64,000 nucleotides of DNA from Dehalococcoidia bacterium (lineage in GTDB: Bacteria; Chloroflexota; Dehalococcoidia; Bin125). The notes under the pieces were generated by a model. That model searched no databases. It was not told where the DNA came from and worked only from the letters and a program-made list of their open reading frames with translations. Within the stretch, counting starts at the first letter, position 1, and every line of letters begins with the position of its first letter. Shown here in pieces: positions 18,265 to 27,560 of the stretch. The stretch spans positions 1,697,566 through 1,761,565 of the forward strand of contig OZ244861.1 in the NCBI GenBank assembly GCA_965221065.1, read 5' to 3'. Both the position numbers and the translations under genes were made by a program.

Positions 18265-18307
18265 TGTTGCGTGGGGGCATTATCGCACGTGGATGTTCGA
18301 GGAACGG

Positions 18308-19300
18308 TCAGCGGCCGCAGTAGGAGAAGTTCACGAGGATTTCGTCGGGCACCAGGTTCTCGATACCGAATGTCAGATCCTGACCGCCGATTCTGATCCA
18401 CAGCGTGCGGATCCCTTCCTGTTCGTCCAGCGTGTGGAGGAAGGGGCACCAACTGGTCGACTCAATGAGATCGTCGCCCGCCATCCAGCGATCGGTGCTC
18501 ACGGGCCCGTCGTCGAAGCGCCAATAGATGCGGGTAGGACTCTCGAGCAACGGCAATCCCATGATGTAGGTGCGACGCTTCCCATCGATGCAGGCCTCTA
18601 CGAGCCGGATCGATGCGTCGGTCAGCGATGTCGCAATCACAGCGCTGTTGACGACTCCGCGTTCGTGGTCGCGAATGGTGCCGTAGACAATGCCAGCGTC
18701 GGTGATGGAGGGGACAACCTCGACCGGTTCGAAGGATGGCTGAGGCTCTTCGGCCGACTCAGTAGCAGCGACCTCGATCGGTACAACCAATTCCTGGTCG
18801 ACGTGCAGTAGATCGGGCGAATCGAGTGCGTTGGCCTCGACGAGGTCGTGCAGATCGATCTCGAGAAACTCGGCGATGTCGGCGAGCGTGTCGCCCTCCT
18901 CGACCACATAGGTTTCAAACTCGATCACAGTGGTCGTTTGGGGCGGCGGTTGCGGTTCGATTGGCGGGCGGGGAACGTCGAGCGCTGCTATCAGGACATC
19001 GATCGGATCGGGGGCAGGCTCGACCGACTCTGCGGGCTCGGTGTCCTGCTCCTGCGACTGCTGCGAGGCTTCCTCATCGGACGGCTCTGACTCAGCGGAC
19101 TGCTGCTCCCCTTCCTCGTCATCGGGGCCCGGCTCAGGCTGCGCTTGCGATTGCTGTTGCTGGGATTGCTCGTCGTCGCGGGGGAGATGCTCGGTGGTTG
19201 GCAGCGGCTCGGGGTCAGATTGGGCGACGATCGCGAGCCACGCCGAGGCGGCGATCAGGGCCGCGAGCACCAAGGCGGCGAGGACAGGCAGGCGTCGCAT
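18308..19300 (-). CDS. Secreted LysM-domain protein
   Basis: 330 aa. N-terminal signal/TM segment MRRLPVLAALVLAALIAASAWLA, an acidic/Gln-rich low-complexity linker, and the LysM motif YVVEEGDTLADIAEFLEIDLHDLVEANAL. Confidence 0.75.
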   Translation of the reverse strand: MRRLPVLAALVLAALIAASAWLAIVAQSDPEPLPTTEHLPRDDEQSQQQQSQAQPEPGPDDEEGEQQSAESEPSDEEASQQSQEQDTEPAESVEPAPDPIDVLIAALDVPRPPIEPQPPPQTTTVIEFETYVVEEGDTLADIAEFLEIDLHDLVEANALDSPDLLHVDQELVVPIEVAATESAEEPQPSFEPVEVVPSITDAGIVYGTIRDHERGVVNSAVIATSLTDASIRLVEACIDGKRRTYIMGLPLLESPTRIYWRFDDGPVSTDRWMAGDDLIESTSWCPFLHTLDEQEGIRTLWIRIGGQDLTFGIENLVPDEILVNFSYCGR

Positions 19301-19429
19301 GGCGACACGCTAGGGAGGGTCGGAGTTGGCGGTCGTTAACGCGGTGGACTCAGGTGTGGACAGTGTGGGTAGCCGGCACGGCGCACTCAGCCGATGGCGT
19401 GCCGGCCGACCGGACCGTCGAGAAGCCAA

Positions 19430-21001
19430 CTAGCCGTTCTTGGCTTCGCCGTGGGTTTTGCGGAGGTCGTTCTTGAGCACTTTGCCCATGTGGTTGCGGG
19501 GCAGCGTATCGACGACGGCGAGATAGCTGGGGGCCTTGTAGCTGGCGAGCTGGCTCTTGGTGTGGGAGACCGCCTCGTCCAACGAGAGCGAAGCACCCTC
19601 GTGCAGGATGACCACGGCCTTGACGACTTCGCCCCACTCGAGATCGGGCGCGCCGATCACGGCGGCCTCGGCGACAGCCGGGTGACCTTCGAGCACCTGC
19701 TCGATCTCGCCGGGGGCGATGTTCTCACCACCGCGGATGATCAGGTCCTTCGTCCGGCCGGTGATGAAGAGGTAGCCCTCGTCGTCGAGGTAGCCGACAT
19801 CGCCGGTGTGGAGGATGCCGTTGCGGATCGCGGAGGCGGTTTCTTCTTCCTGCTTGTAGTAGCCGGCCATGATGCGGTCGCCGCGGACGCAGATTTCGCC
19901 TTCCTCGCCGGCGTCGACCACGTTGTCAGCGGGATCCATGATGAGGACCTCGATATCGGGCATGACCTTGCCGACCGAACGCAGCCGGTGTTCCTTGACC
20001 TCGATCTCGTCGGGCGAGCCGTCGAGGCGGTGGTCGTCGGGTCCGAGGAAGGAGATCGAGCTGGTCGATTCGGTCTGGCCGTAGGCGTTCATGAAGCCGA
20101 CGTTGGCCGGGAATACGTCAACCGCTGCGCGGATGACGTCGTAGGGCATGGGCGCGGCGCCGTAGGTCAGGAGCTGGAGGGTGTCGCCCTTGAAGTTGGA
20201 GAAGTGTGGGTCTTCCATCGTGCGCTTGAGCATTGTCGGGACGACCATCGAGTGGGTGATGCCGTGGCCGTCGACCGCGTCGATCCAGGTGTGCGGCGAG
20301 AACTGCGGCAGGATGACCAGCGTGCGGCCTCCCCAGACCGAGGAGACCATGGTGGTCGCGCCGGCGATGTGGAAGAGCGGCACCGAGAGCAGGGTCTTCT
20401 CGTGCGGCATTTCGGGGTCGGCGGGGGACATCGTGTTGGTTACGTAGACCGTGAGGTCCTGGTAGGTGACCTGGACGCCCTTGGGCATCGCGGTGGTACC
20501 GGAGGTGTAGATGATGACGGTCGGGTCCTTGTCCTCGACCTCGGCCCAGAGGAAGTCGTCCGAGCCGGAGGCCATCAGATCGCGGTAGTGCTGCTGACCC
20601 AAGGGGACATCGTGCTCGAGGGCGATGTAGTTCTGGACGGTCGGGCAGTCGTCCTTGATCGCGCGGGCGAGGTCCTGGTAGCGGTCGGAGACGAAGATCG
20701 CCTTGGCCTCAACCGTGTTGATCATGTAGGTCAGTTCCTCGCGCTTGGCTCGGTAGTTGAGCGGCACGAAGGTGACGCCGATCTTGGCGCAGGCGTAGTA
20801 GATGATCACGTACTCGGCCGAGTTGACCGACATCACGCCGACATGGTCGCCGCGGGTCAGGCCCAGGCCTTGCAGGGCGTTGCCCAGGCGGGTGACTTCG
20901 GCCTGGAGGTCGGCGTAGGTCTTGACGGTGTCTTCACAGATCAAGGCGGCGCGGTCGGGCACCATGGCGGCGGACAGTTCGAGGAAATCGGCGGTGTTCA
21001 C
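19430..21001 (-). CDS. AMP-dependent acyl-CoA synthetase/ligase (FadD-like)
   Basis: 523 aa. AMP-binding motif IIYTSGTTAMPKGV and GDVGYLDDEGYLFITGRTKDLIIRGGENI. Confidence 0.9.
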   Translation of the reverse strand: MNTADFLELSAAMVPDRAALICEDTVKTYADLQAEVTRLGNALQGLGLTRGDHVGVMSVNSAEYVIIYYACAKIGVTFVPLNYRAKREELTYMINTVEAKAIFVSDRYQDLARAIKDDCPTVQNYIALEHDVPLGQQHYRDLMASGSDDFLWAEVEDKDPTVIIYTSGTTAMPKGVQVTYQDLTVYVTNTMSPADPEMPHEKTLLSVPLFHIAGATTMVSSVWGGRTLVILPQFSPHTWIDAVDGHGITHSMVVPTMLKRTMEDPHFSNFKGDTLQLLTYGAAPMPYDVIRAAVDVFPANVGFMNAYGQTESTSSISFLGPDDHRLDGSPDEIEVKEHRLRSVGKVMPDIEVLIMDPADNVVDAGEEGEICVRGDRIMAGYYKQEEETASAIRNGILHTGDVGYLDDEGYLFITGRTKDLIIRGGENIAPGEIEQVLEGHPAVAEAAVIGAPDLEWGEVVKAVVILHEGASLSLDEAVSHTKSQLASYKAPSYLAVVDTLPRNHMGKVLKNDLRKTHGEAKNG

Positions 21002-21061
21002 GAGTCAGTCTCCATGGCCCGGCCCAACGCTCGGATCGGGCCCGTTGCGGATATGAAGGGG

Positions 21062-21796
21062 TTAACGATCAGACAGTGTATTGGCCAAACGGCGTGCGGT
21101 CAGCGCATCCTGGCGGATTGCGGCTGACATAGGCAGATCGAGACCTCGTCTGAGGCTGCGCTTGAGCGCGGCGATGAGGGCTGGATCGACCTCGGTCAAG
21201 CGGCGGGCGACGTCATCGACAGTGGCATCCAGATGGTCAAGCGGAACGACGCGGTGGATGATGCCCCAGGCCAAGGCACGATCGGCATCGATCGGATCGC
21301 CACTGAGAATGAGACCCTTCGCTGCGCCCTGCGGGGCGATCCGGGGCATCATCTGCGTGCCGCCGGCGGACGGGATGTAGCCCAGCGTGACCTCGGGCAG
21401 GCCAATGCGCGTGTCTTCGGCGGCGATGCGCAGGTCGCAGTAGAGCGGCAGCTCGATTCCCGCGCCGAAACAGAATCCGTGCAAGGCGGCGATGGTCGGA
21501 ATCGGCAGATCCTCGAGCAGCGCCCAGAGGTCTCGCTGTCGCCGGGCCTCACGCGATTCGTGCAGCGATGGCGCGGTGCCGAACTCGGAGATGTCGGCGC
21601 CGGCGGAGAATGCACGCGGCCCGTCGCCGCGAATGATGAGGACGCGGATGTCGGGGTCGATTGACGCCGCCTGGACGAAGGTCCAGAGGTCGTCGCGCAT
21701 CGACATGTTGATCGCGTTGAGCGCCTCGGGACGGTTGAGCGTGATACTGGCGACGCCGTCGAAGGGTTTGTCGTAGTCGACGAACGAATCGGTCAT
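21062..21796 (-). CDS. Enoyl-CoA hydratase/isomerase (crotonase) family protein
   Basis: 244 aa. RAFSAGADISEF and HGFCFGAGIELPLYCDLRIAA oxyanion-hole segments. Confidence 0.85.
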   Translation of the reverse strand: MTDSFVDYDKPFDGVASITLNRPEALNAINMSMRDDLWTFVQAASIDPDIRVLIIRGDGPRAFSAGADISEFGTAPSLHESREARRQRDLWALLEDLPIPTIAALHGFCFGAGIELPLYCDLRIAAEDTRIGLPEVTLGYIPSAGGTQMMPRIAPQGAAKGLILSGDPIDADRALAWGIIHRVVPLDHLDATVDDVARRLTEVDPALIAALKRSLRRGLDLPMSAAIRQDALTARRLANTLSDR

Positions 21797-22038
21797 CAGC
21801 GCCAGTCGGGTTTGCGGATCTCGCTCTTGCGACGGACGTCCCAGAGACGCTCGATGTCGGCGTTCATCTTCTCGTGCAGGGCGTCCATCTCTTCGCGGCC
21901 GGGACGCATTTCGCTGGACTTCCAGCGGCGGATCGCCGCCTTGTCCGACTTGTGCAGGTCGACCTCGTCCAGCATGTGATTGACCACCTGGCTGAACACC
22001 GCCCAGGCCTCTTCGATTTCCAGTTCAACCTTGACCAT
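21796..22038 (-). CDS. Small hypothetical protein (80 aa), paralogue of 22076..22324
   Basis: Its stop overlaps the downstream crotonase start by 1 nt (TGATG). It aligns with the neighbouring 82-aa ORF: EEAWAVFSQVVNHMLDEVDLHKSDKAAIRRW versus EETWSLMTLITAQVLDQVELSNEAVKAIRDW. Confidence 0.65.
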   Translation of the reverse strand: MVKVELEIEEAWAVFSQVVNHMLDEVDLHKSDKAAIRRWKSSEMRPGREEMDALHEKMNADIERLWDVRRKSEIRKPDWR

Positions 22039-22075
22039 GATCGTCTTCCCTTCTGTCCTCGCGAAACGCGTGAGG

Positions 22076-22324
22076 CTAGCGGACCGTGCGGTAGTAGTCG
22101 CGACGACGGATCTGGCGGGTCAGCTCCGCGTCGATCGTGTTGCCGAGCGCCTCGTTGACGCCGTTGGCGACGTCTTCCATGGCGGAATTGCCTTCGACAA
22201 CGCCGGCGCGCCAGTCTCGGATGGCCTTGACCGCCTCGTTGGACAGCTCGACCTGGTCGAGCACCTGGGCGGTGATCAGGGTCATCAACGACCAGGTTTC
22301 TTCTTCATCCAAAATCAGTCGCAT
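22076..22324 (-). CDS. Small hypothetical protein (82 aa), paralogue of 21796..22038
   Basis: Same orientation as its paralogue, 37 bp upstream of it. The shared motif is given in the entry for 21796..22038. Confidence 0.6.
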   Translation of the reverse strand: MRLILDEEETWSLMTLITAQVLDQVELSNEAVKAIRDWRAGVVEGNSAMEDVANGVNEALGNTIDAELTRQIRRRDYYRTVR

Positions 22325-22393
22325 CTCTCGGACCTCCTGTGCGGAGTTGCACTCCGCTGCTATTCGCTGTTTCTGCTCGCCGTTTCTGCCAGT

Positions 22394-23098
22394 TCAGGTT
22401 CCACTGAAGGCTGCGGTTCGCTTGTTGACGAAGGCGTCGACGCCTTCGGCTCGATCGTTGGTGTCCTGAAGCAGGATCGTGAGTTCAGTCTCGTAGTGCA
22501 GCGCCTGGGCCAAGGGCATGTCGAGGCCGTGATGGATTGCGTCCTTGGCGTAGCGGGTAGCAACCGGCCCACGCGCGGCGATCGATCGGGCGACGCTCAT
22601 GGCCGCCTCGACGGGGTTGGCATCGACCGCATTGACCAGCCCCCAATCGAGCGCGGTTTGAGCGTTGACGCGCTCGTCCAGCAGCACGAGTTGCGACGCA
22701 CGAGATCGTCCAATCGCGCGGGTCAGGCGCTGTAGTCCGCCGGCCCGAGGGAACCCTGCGCTGAGGGAATCAAGGCCGATTGAGACTTCCCGAGCCGCGA
22801 CGCGGATGTCGGCCGCCAACGCGAGTTCCAGGCCACCGCCAAGGGTGGAGCTGGAGAGGACGGCCAGGGTCGGTTGGACCAGGTCGGCGAGGGGGGCGAA
22901 CAGGTCGCCGTGGTCGGTCGGACCCTCGTATCCCGCCCACACCTGGGCATCTGGATCAATGAGGACGACGCGCACGTCGTCAGCTACCGCACCGCAGACA
23001 TCGCCAAGATCCGTAACGAATCTGGCGTCGAGCGAGCCGCCGCCGCGGATGATGGCGATATCGTCGGTTCGCTCGAGGCTGAGGCGCTGGGCAGGCAT
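22394..23098 (-). CDS. Enoyl-CoA hydratase/isomerase family protein (divergent first oxyanion segment)
   Basis: 234 aa. The segment LGGGLELALAADIRVAA is typical of crotonases. The usual AGADL segment is replaced by VWAGYEGP. Confidence 0.7.
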   Translation of the reverse strand: MPAQRLSLERTDDIAIIRGGGSLDARFVTDLGDVCGAVADDVRVVLIDPDAQVWAGYEGPTDHGDLFAPLADLVQPTLAVLSSSTLGGGLELALAADIRVAAREVSIGLDSLSAGFPRAGGLQRLTRAIGRSRASQLVLLDERVNAQTALDWGLVNAVDANPVEAAMSVARSIAARGPVATRYAKDAIHHGLDMPLAQALHYETELTILLQDTNDRAEGVDAFVNKRTAAFSGT

Positions 23099-23130
23099 GG
23101 GGCTGGTCGTCTCAGGTGCGTCTAAGTCAC

Positions 23131-25542
23131 TCAGTGTACCGAAGGCCTGGGAACAAGCTGTAGTCGGGCGACTCGCCGCCCCGGGGTCGACTTCGCCGCA
23201 GCTTCGATCTCATCGCGGTCGCGCAGCAACGGCAGGTGACGGTCCTTGAGCCAGGCGTCGGTCAAGGGGCCGTTGGCATGGAGTGGATCGTGAATCTGTT
23301 CGCCGGCGAGCGCGAACCGCGCCTCGGGAGGATCACTCAGTTTGACCACGAGGCGCAGCGCGGGAATCGCGGTTGAGGGCTCAAAGTGGCGCAGCCCGAG
23401 CACTCCGGATTGGGCAACGGTGTCGGCCTCGCCGCCATGAGGAAACGGCCCGGGGGAGAGCAGGGAGCCGACCAGCGGAGCGTCGGAGAGGCTGTGCTTG
23501 AGGATCAGCGGCCGACATCGGCCCCAGGTCCAGGTGGAGCGGTCTGGTCCGAATCTGCGTCGGAGGACATCGACGGCGCGGGTGTGGGCCTCGCGGACCT
23601 GTAGCGCTGATTGCTCGGGACGAGCGTCGATCTGCTTGAGCGCCCAGGAGGTCGCGTGGGCGGCGAAGATGTCGAGGGTTGGAATTGCCAGCATCGGCTT
23701 GAGCAGTTCTTCCGCCGCCGGACCAAGTATGTCCTGGATAGTCAGGCGTCGATACTCGACGAGTGTCGCGGCGACGAGGGCGGCCTCGACAGAGTCGGCT
23801 GACATCTCGCCGCTCCAATCGGCGAGCGACTCGTCGGGAATGTGGTTGGCAAACGCGCGCAGGGGGAGGGAGACACGGTCGGATTGGATCGCGGCGAAGC
23901 TTTCGAGCGTGTGCGGCGCTCGTTCGTCGAGCAGACTCCGAATCCGTTCGCCACGCGCGGGATCGAGATACTCCGCGCCGAAACAACTCTCAGCGAAGGG
24001 CGCGAGCGGCGCGTTCGCGCTGACGACGATGCCGCCGGGCGGATCGATGACGTTGGGCAGTTCGTCGTCTCGAATCGGGTTGGTCGGCACGCCGCCGCGA
24101 TCGATCGGCGCCCAACCGGCGGCCGGGAACCGCAGCGCTGCCATATCGCCTCGGGGCACGTCGGCGCTGACCCGCAGGCCCACCCGTTTCTTGTCGGCGA
24201 AGGCGTAGCTGAGGTTGAAGTCGCCCATGTCGGCGGCGGCAGCGCTGAACTCCTCCCAGTCACGGGCCGAGAGCACATCGGCGATGCCGCCGCCTCCGTG
24301 TCGGGGTGCGAGGATGCGCGAATGCAGGGAGATCGCGCGGCTGGCGTCCGCTGACCGGTTGATGCCTGGTCGCAGGATCTCACTCACGATCGGCCCATTG
24401 ACCGTCTCGCGCAGCGTGATCTGCTCGCTGGGATACCCGCGCACGTCGATGGTCTCTTCGCGCTCGGAGATATCGAGCCAGCCATCCGGTGTGAGGGATT
24501 TCTTACCGTCATCAGAGAGCTGCTCCACGACGGCGATGTTCATCGACATGAGCGCGGCGGTCGGGCCCCAGGCGATGTGGTCGTTGAATCCCCAGACGAT
24601 GCCGGGCAATCCGGGCACGCTCGCGCCGGCGGCATCGAACTCGGGACACTTGAGGTGCACGAAGTAGGTGTGCGGGGGCGTGACCGGATTGAGGTGCGGG
24701 TCGCAGGCGAAGTGCGGCACGCCGTCGGCAGTGTGCCGACCGTCAACGGCCCAGTTGTTCGATGCGCCTTGCTGGAGTCCCAGCATGTCCGATGCCATTG
24801 AGGCGGCCTGCTGAAGCGGAGCGGCGAGTTCGGCGTAGGGTGCGTCGGGCGGGACGGCGGCCGTGGTCTCGGGCGAGAGTGGTGGGTCGATCTCGTGCAA
24901 GGCGTCGAGACCTGCTGCTTCGACGATTCGCGCGCGGATGAGCTGCTGTTCCCAGGCCGGCGAGAGCAGGCAAGAGAGCAGCTTGCCCCAGGCGATGCTG
25001 TCGCGTGCCTGCCACGGTCCGATTCGGTCGCCCAGGATCTGCGCTTCGAACGGGCGAGGCGCGCGGGCGATGGCGGCGTTGATCCCCGCGATGAAGGGTG
25101 ACAACTGTTCGCGTCGTTCGGCAGCGGTCGCGTCCCAGGCTTCCTGCGACGCGCGTCCGATCCCCAAGGTTCGGCAGAATCGGTCTACATCGAGCGCTTC
25201 CGGCCCCGCGATCTCGGCGAGCCGGCCCATCGCCGCGCGACGGCTCCATTGCATCTGCCAGAGCCGATCCTGGGCCTGCACGTAGCCCAGCGCGAAGAGC
25301 GCGTCGCTGGCCGATTCGGCGAAGCAGTGCGGGATGTCATAGCGGTCGCGGATAATCTCGACCGGCGCGTCGAGCCCGGCCACTATGGTCCTGCCGCGTC
25401 GCTTGTGGGTCTGGGGCATCTGCAGAGCATTGGCGAGCGTGGTACCGGCGAGCGCCTTGAGGAGCGAGCCGCCCTGACGCATCGACAGGGCGAGCGCGCG
25501 CCAATCCACGCCAAACGTTGCGTTGTCCCGTGAAGCGACCAT
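23131..25542 (-). CDS. Penicillin acylase / acyl-homoserine-lactone acylase family Ntn hydrolase
   Basis: 803 aa. QGASNNWAVDG contains the self-processing beta-subunit N-terminal Ser-Asn-Asn motif. Size and layout fit the alpha-spacer-beta organisation of this family. Confidence 0.85.
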   Translation of the reverse strand: MVASRDNATFGVDWRALALSMRQGGSLLKALAGTTLANALQMPQTHKRRGRTIVAGLDAPVEIIRDRYDIPHCFAESASDALFALGYVQAQDRLWQMQWSRRAAMGRLAEIAGPEALDVDRFCRTLGIGRASQEAWDATAAERREQLSPFIAGINAAIARAPRPFEAQILGDRIGPWQARDSIAWGKLLSCLLSPAWEQQLIRARIVEAAGLDALHEIDPPLSPETTAAVPPDAPYAELAAPLQQAASMASDMLGLQQGASNNWAVDGRHTADGVPHFACDPHLNPVTPPHTYFVHLKCPEFDAAGASVPGLPGIVWGFNDHIAWGPTAALMSMNIAVVEQLSDDGKKSLTPDGWLDISEREETIDVRGYPSEQITLRETVNGPIVSEILRPGINRSADASRAISLHSRILAPRHGGGGIADVLSARDWEEFSAAAADMGDFNLSYAFADKKRVGLRVSADVPRGDMAALRFPAAGWAPIDRGGVPTNPIRDDELPNVIDPPGGIVVSANAPLAPFAESCFGAEYLDPARGERIRSLLDERAPHTLESFAAIQSDRVSLPLRAFANHIPDESLADWSGEMSADSVEAALVAATLVEYRRLTIQDILGPAAEELLKPMLAIPTLDIFAAHATSWALKQIDARPEQSALQVREAHTRAVDVLRRRFGPDRSTWTWGRCRPLILKHSLSDAPLVGSLLSPGPFPHGGEADTVAQSGVLGLRHFEPSTAIPALRLVVKLSDPPEARFALAGEQIHDPLHANGPLTDAWLKDRHLPLLRDRDEIEAAAKSTPGRRVARLQLVPRPSVH

Positions 25543-25597
25543 GCTCTGAGCCTACGGCGTCATAGACTGATTGCCGAGATTTTGCAGGGAGGCGGCC

Positions 25598-26377
25598 ATG
25601 GATCTGGGTTTGCAGGGCAAGCGGGCATTGATCACGGGGGCTTCGGAAGGGATCGGGCTGTACTGCGCGCTGTCGTTGGCGTCCGAAGGGGTACACGTAT
25701 CGATTTGCTCGCGTCGAGCGGAGGCACTGGAACAGGCGGCGGCAAGAATCGGCGCAGCCGGCGCCGGTGAGACGCACTGGACCGCGGTCGATCTGGGTGA
25801 TGTCGATGCCGGAGACCGCGCGGTCGCGGGCGCCGTGGACGCGCTGGGCGGCCTGGACATCTTGATCAACAACATGGGGGTCTCACTGCGCGGCGAGGGT
25901 GACGAGGTCTGGCAGGACATGTTCGATCTCAACCTGATGGCCGCCGTGCGCACGACCCGTGCCGCGTTGCCACACCTGGCGGAGTCAGCGTCGGGCGATG
26001 AGGCGGACAGCTCGTCGATCATTCACATCGGCTCGATCTTTGGTCGGGAAGCGGGCGGGTCAGCGCAGTACAACGCGATGAAGGCGGCGATGCACAGCCA
26101 CGCGAAGTCGTTGGCGCTGGAGCTCGCGCCGCAGAACATCCGCGCCAACGCGGTCGCGCCCGGATCAATCGCGTGGCCCAACTCGCGCTGGCAGACGCGC
26201 TATGAGTCCGATCCCGAAGGGATTCAGCGCAGTGTGCTGGACACGATCGCGTTCAACCGCTTCGGACGGCCCGAGGAGGTCGCCGACGTGGTCGCGTTCC
26301 TGGCCTCGCCGAGAGCGAGCTGGGTGACCGGCGCCTGTCTGAACGTGGACGGCGGCCAGACCCGCTCCAACATCTAG
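25598..26377 (+). CDS. Short-chain dehydrogenase/reductase (SDR)
   Basis: The ATG at 25598 is preceded by GGGAGG. Motifs: KRALITGASEGIGL (TGxxxGIG) and YNAMKAA (YxxxK). Confidence 0.85.
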   Translation: MDLGLQGKRALITGASEGIGLYCALSLASEGVHVSICSRRAEALEQAAARIGAAGAGETHWTAVDLGDVDAGDRAVAGAVDALGGLDILINNMGVSLRGEGDEVWQDMFDLNLMAAVRTTRAALPHLAESASGDEADSSSIIHIGSIFGREAGGSAQYNAMKAAMHSHAKSLALELAPQNIRANAVAPGSIAWPNSRWQTRYESDPEGIQRSVLDTIAFNRFGRPEEVADVVAFLASPRASWVTGACLNVDGGQTRSNI

Positions 26378-26411
26378 ACTGACTGACAGGGAGACGCGGC
26401 AGGAGGACGGG

Positions 26412-26885
26412 ATGGCCGAGCACCGCTACGAGCACAGCCGCACGCGTCTTGGATCACTGCCTTCGCGGGCCTGGGACGTCATGGGTCCGCGGATGCTGCG
26501 TCCACTGGTTGGCGGGGCGGTCGGCGCGGCGATCGTGGTGCTGTTCCTCGCCATCAGAGGCGGCACGGCGGTCGAGCTGAACGAGCTGACCGGCACGGCC
26601 TGGGGCGGCTGGAGCCGCCACGCCGATGTGCATCTCTTGATCGTGGTCAATGCGGCGGTGGTCGTGGCGATCGCGGTCAACTTCGCTGCCGAGTGGATTC
26701 ACAACTGGGTCTACATCTCGCTGGCCGTGGTCAGCGCCGGAGTCATGATTGCGCTGCGACAACTGGCAGAGATCGAGGGCGCAGGCGGCAACATTCTGCT
26801 GGGGCTGATCGCGTTCTTCCTGCTGATGGGCGTGGCGATCGCGGCTTGGGACGTGCGCTCGATCGGCCGGCGCAGCGGCTACTAG
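26412..26885 (+). CDS. Hypothetical integral membrane protein
   Basis: 157 aa with four hydrophobic helices (for example LVGGAVGAAIVVLFLAI, LLIVVNAAVVVAIAVNFAA, ILLGLIAFFLLMGVAIAAW). Confidence 0.55.
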   Translation: MAEHRYEHSRTRLGSLPSRAWDVMGPRMLRPLVGGAVGAAIVVLFLAIRGGTAVELNELTGTAWGGWSRHADVHLLIVVNAAVVVAIAVNFAAEWIHNWVYISLAVVSAGVMIALRQLAEIEGAGGNILLGLIAFFLLMGVAIAAWDVRSIGRRSGY

Positions 26886-26922
26886 GGTCCGCTCGGACCG
26901 GGCATACCCGCGAGCTGATCGA

Positions 26923-27309
26923 TCAGTCTTCGGTGACCTCGGTTACCGAGTCGCGACGGGTGATGGCGAGGTGCGACATCGGGGAGCCGGTGTCGGCGGC
27001 GCCGTGGAAGTGGTCCTCGCCGGCGGGGATGATGGCGAAATCACCGACCGAAATGGTGTGCTCCTCGTCGGCGGTGCCAACCTTGCCGATGCCCGAGACG
27101 ACGTACAACATCTGCTCGGACGAATGCGTGTGCATTTTCGTCCGCGCGCCGGCGCCGAACTGGACGATCGCGAGGTTGAAGTCCTCGTCGTCGGCAGCGT
27201 TCTGGCCGCCGATCGAGCCGGCCAGGGCCCGGACCCAGACGTTGCCGCCGGTGAAGATCGGTGCGTTGGCTTGATTGGTGTCGCCGTCGGATGATTTGGT
27301 CACGCGCAT
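26923..27309 (-). CDS. Cupin-domain protein
   Basis: The ORF track extends to 27456, but that extension reads through the REP/tandem repeat. ATG 27309 gives MRVTKSSDG... Cupin motifs: GARTKMHTHSSEQMLYVVSG and GDFAIIPAGEDHFHGA. Confidence 0.75.
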   Translation of the reverse strand: MRVTKSSDGDTNQANAPIFTGGNVWVRALAGSIGGQNAADDEDFNLAIVQFGAGARTKMHTHSSEQMLYVVSGIGKVGTADEEHTISVGDFAIIPAGEDHFHGAADTGSPMSHLAITRRDSVTEVTED

Positions 27310-27341
27310 GGTGTTGAGCCTTTCCGTGTGTCGATTTCGGT

Positions 27342-27395
27342 GAGCCCCCCTCTGCCTTCGGCATCTCCCCCCGCTTCGCGGGGGGAGAGGGGAAT
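27342..27395 (+). repeat. REP-like double-hairpin element, copy E (founder of the adjacent tandem array)
   Basis: gagcccccctctgccttcggcatctccccccgcttcgcggggggagaggggaat, near-identical to copy B. Confidence 0.9.
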
Positions 27396-27560
27396 ACGAC
27401 GTGTGCATCTCCCACGTTACGAGGGGAGAGGGGAATACGACGTGTGCATCTCCCACGTTACGAGGGGAGAGGGGAATACGACGTGTGCATCTCCCACGTT
27501 ACGAGGGGAGAGGGGAATACGACGTGTGCATCTCCCGCGCTACGAGGGGAGAAGGAAGCG
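27379..27560 (+). repeat. 41-bp tandem repeat, about 4.4 copies, derived from the 3' half of the REP-like element
   Basis: The unit gaggggagaggggaatacgacgtgtgcatctcccacgttac recurs head-to-tail at 27421, 27462 and 27503. The last unit reads ...cccgcgctac. The array ends in a partial unit that abuts the stop of the 27561 gene. Confidence 0.9.

Noticed and set aside
27379-27560. Possible CRISPR array (regular repeats of about 41 bp)
   Set aside because: The units are contiguous head-to-tail copies with no unique spacers between them. No cas genes or leader are nearby. The unit is derived from the REP-like element at 27342.
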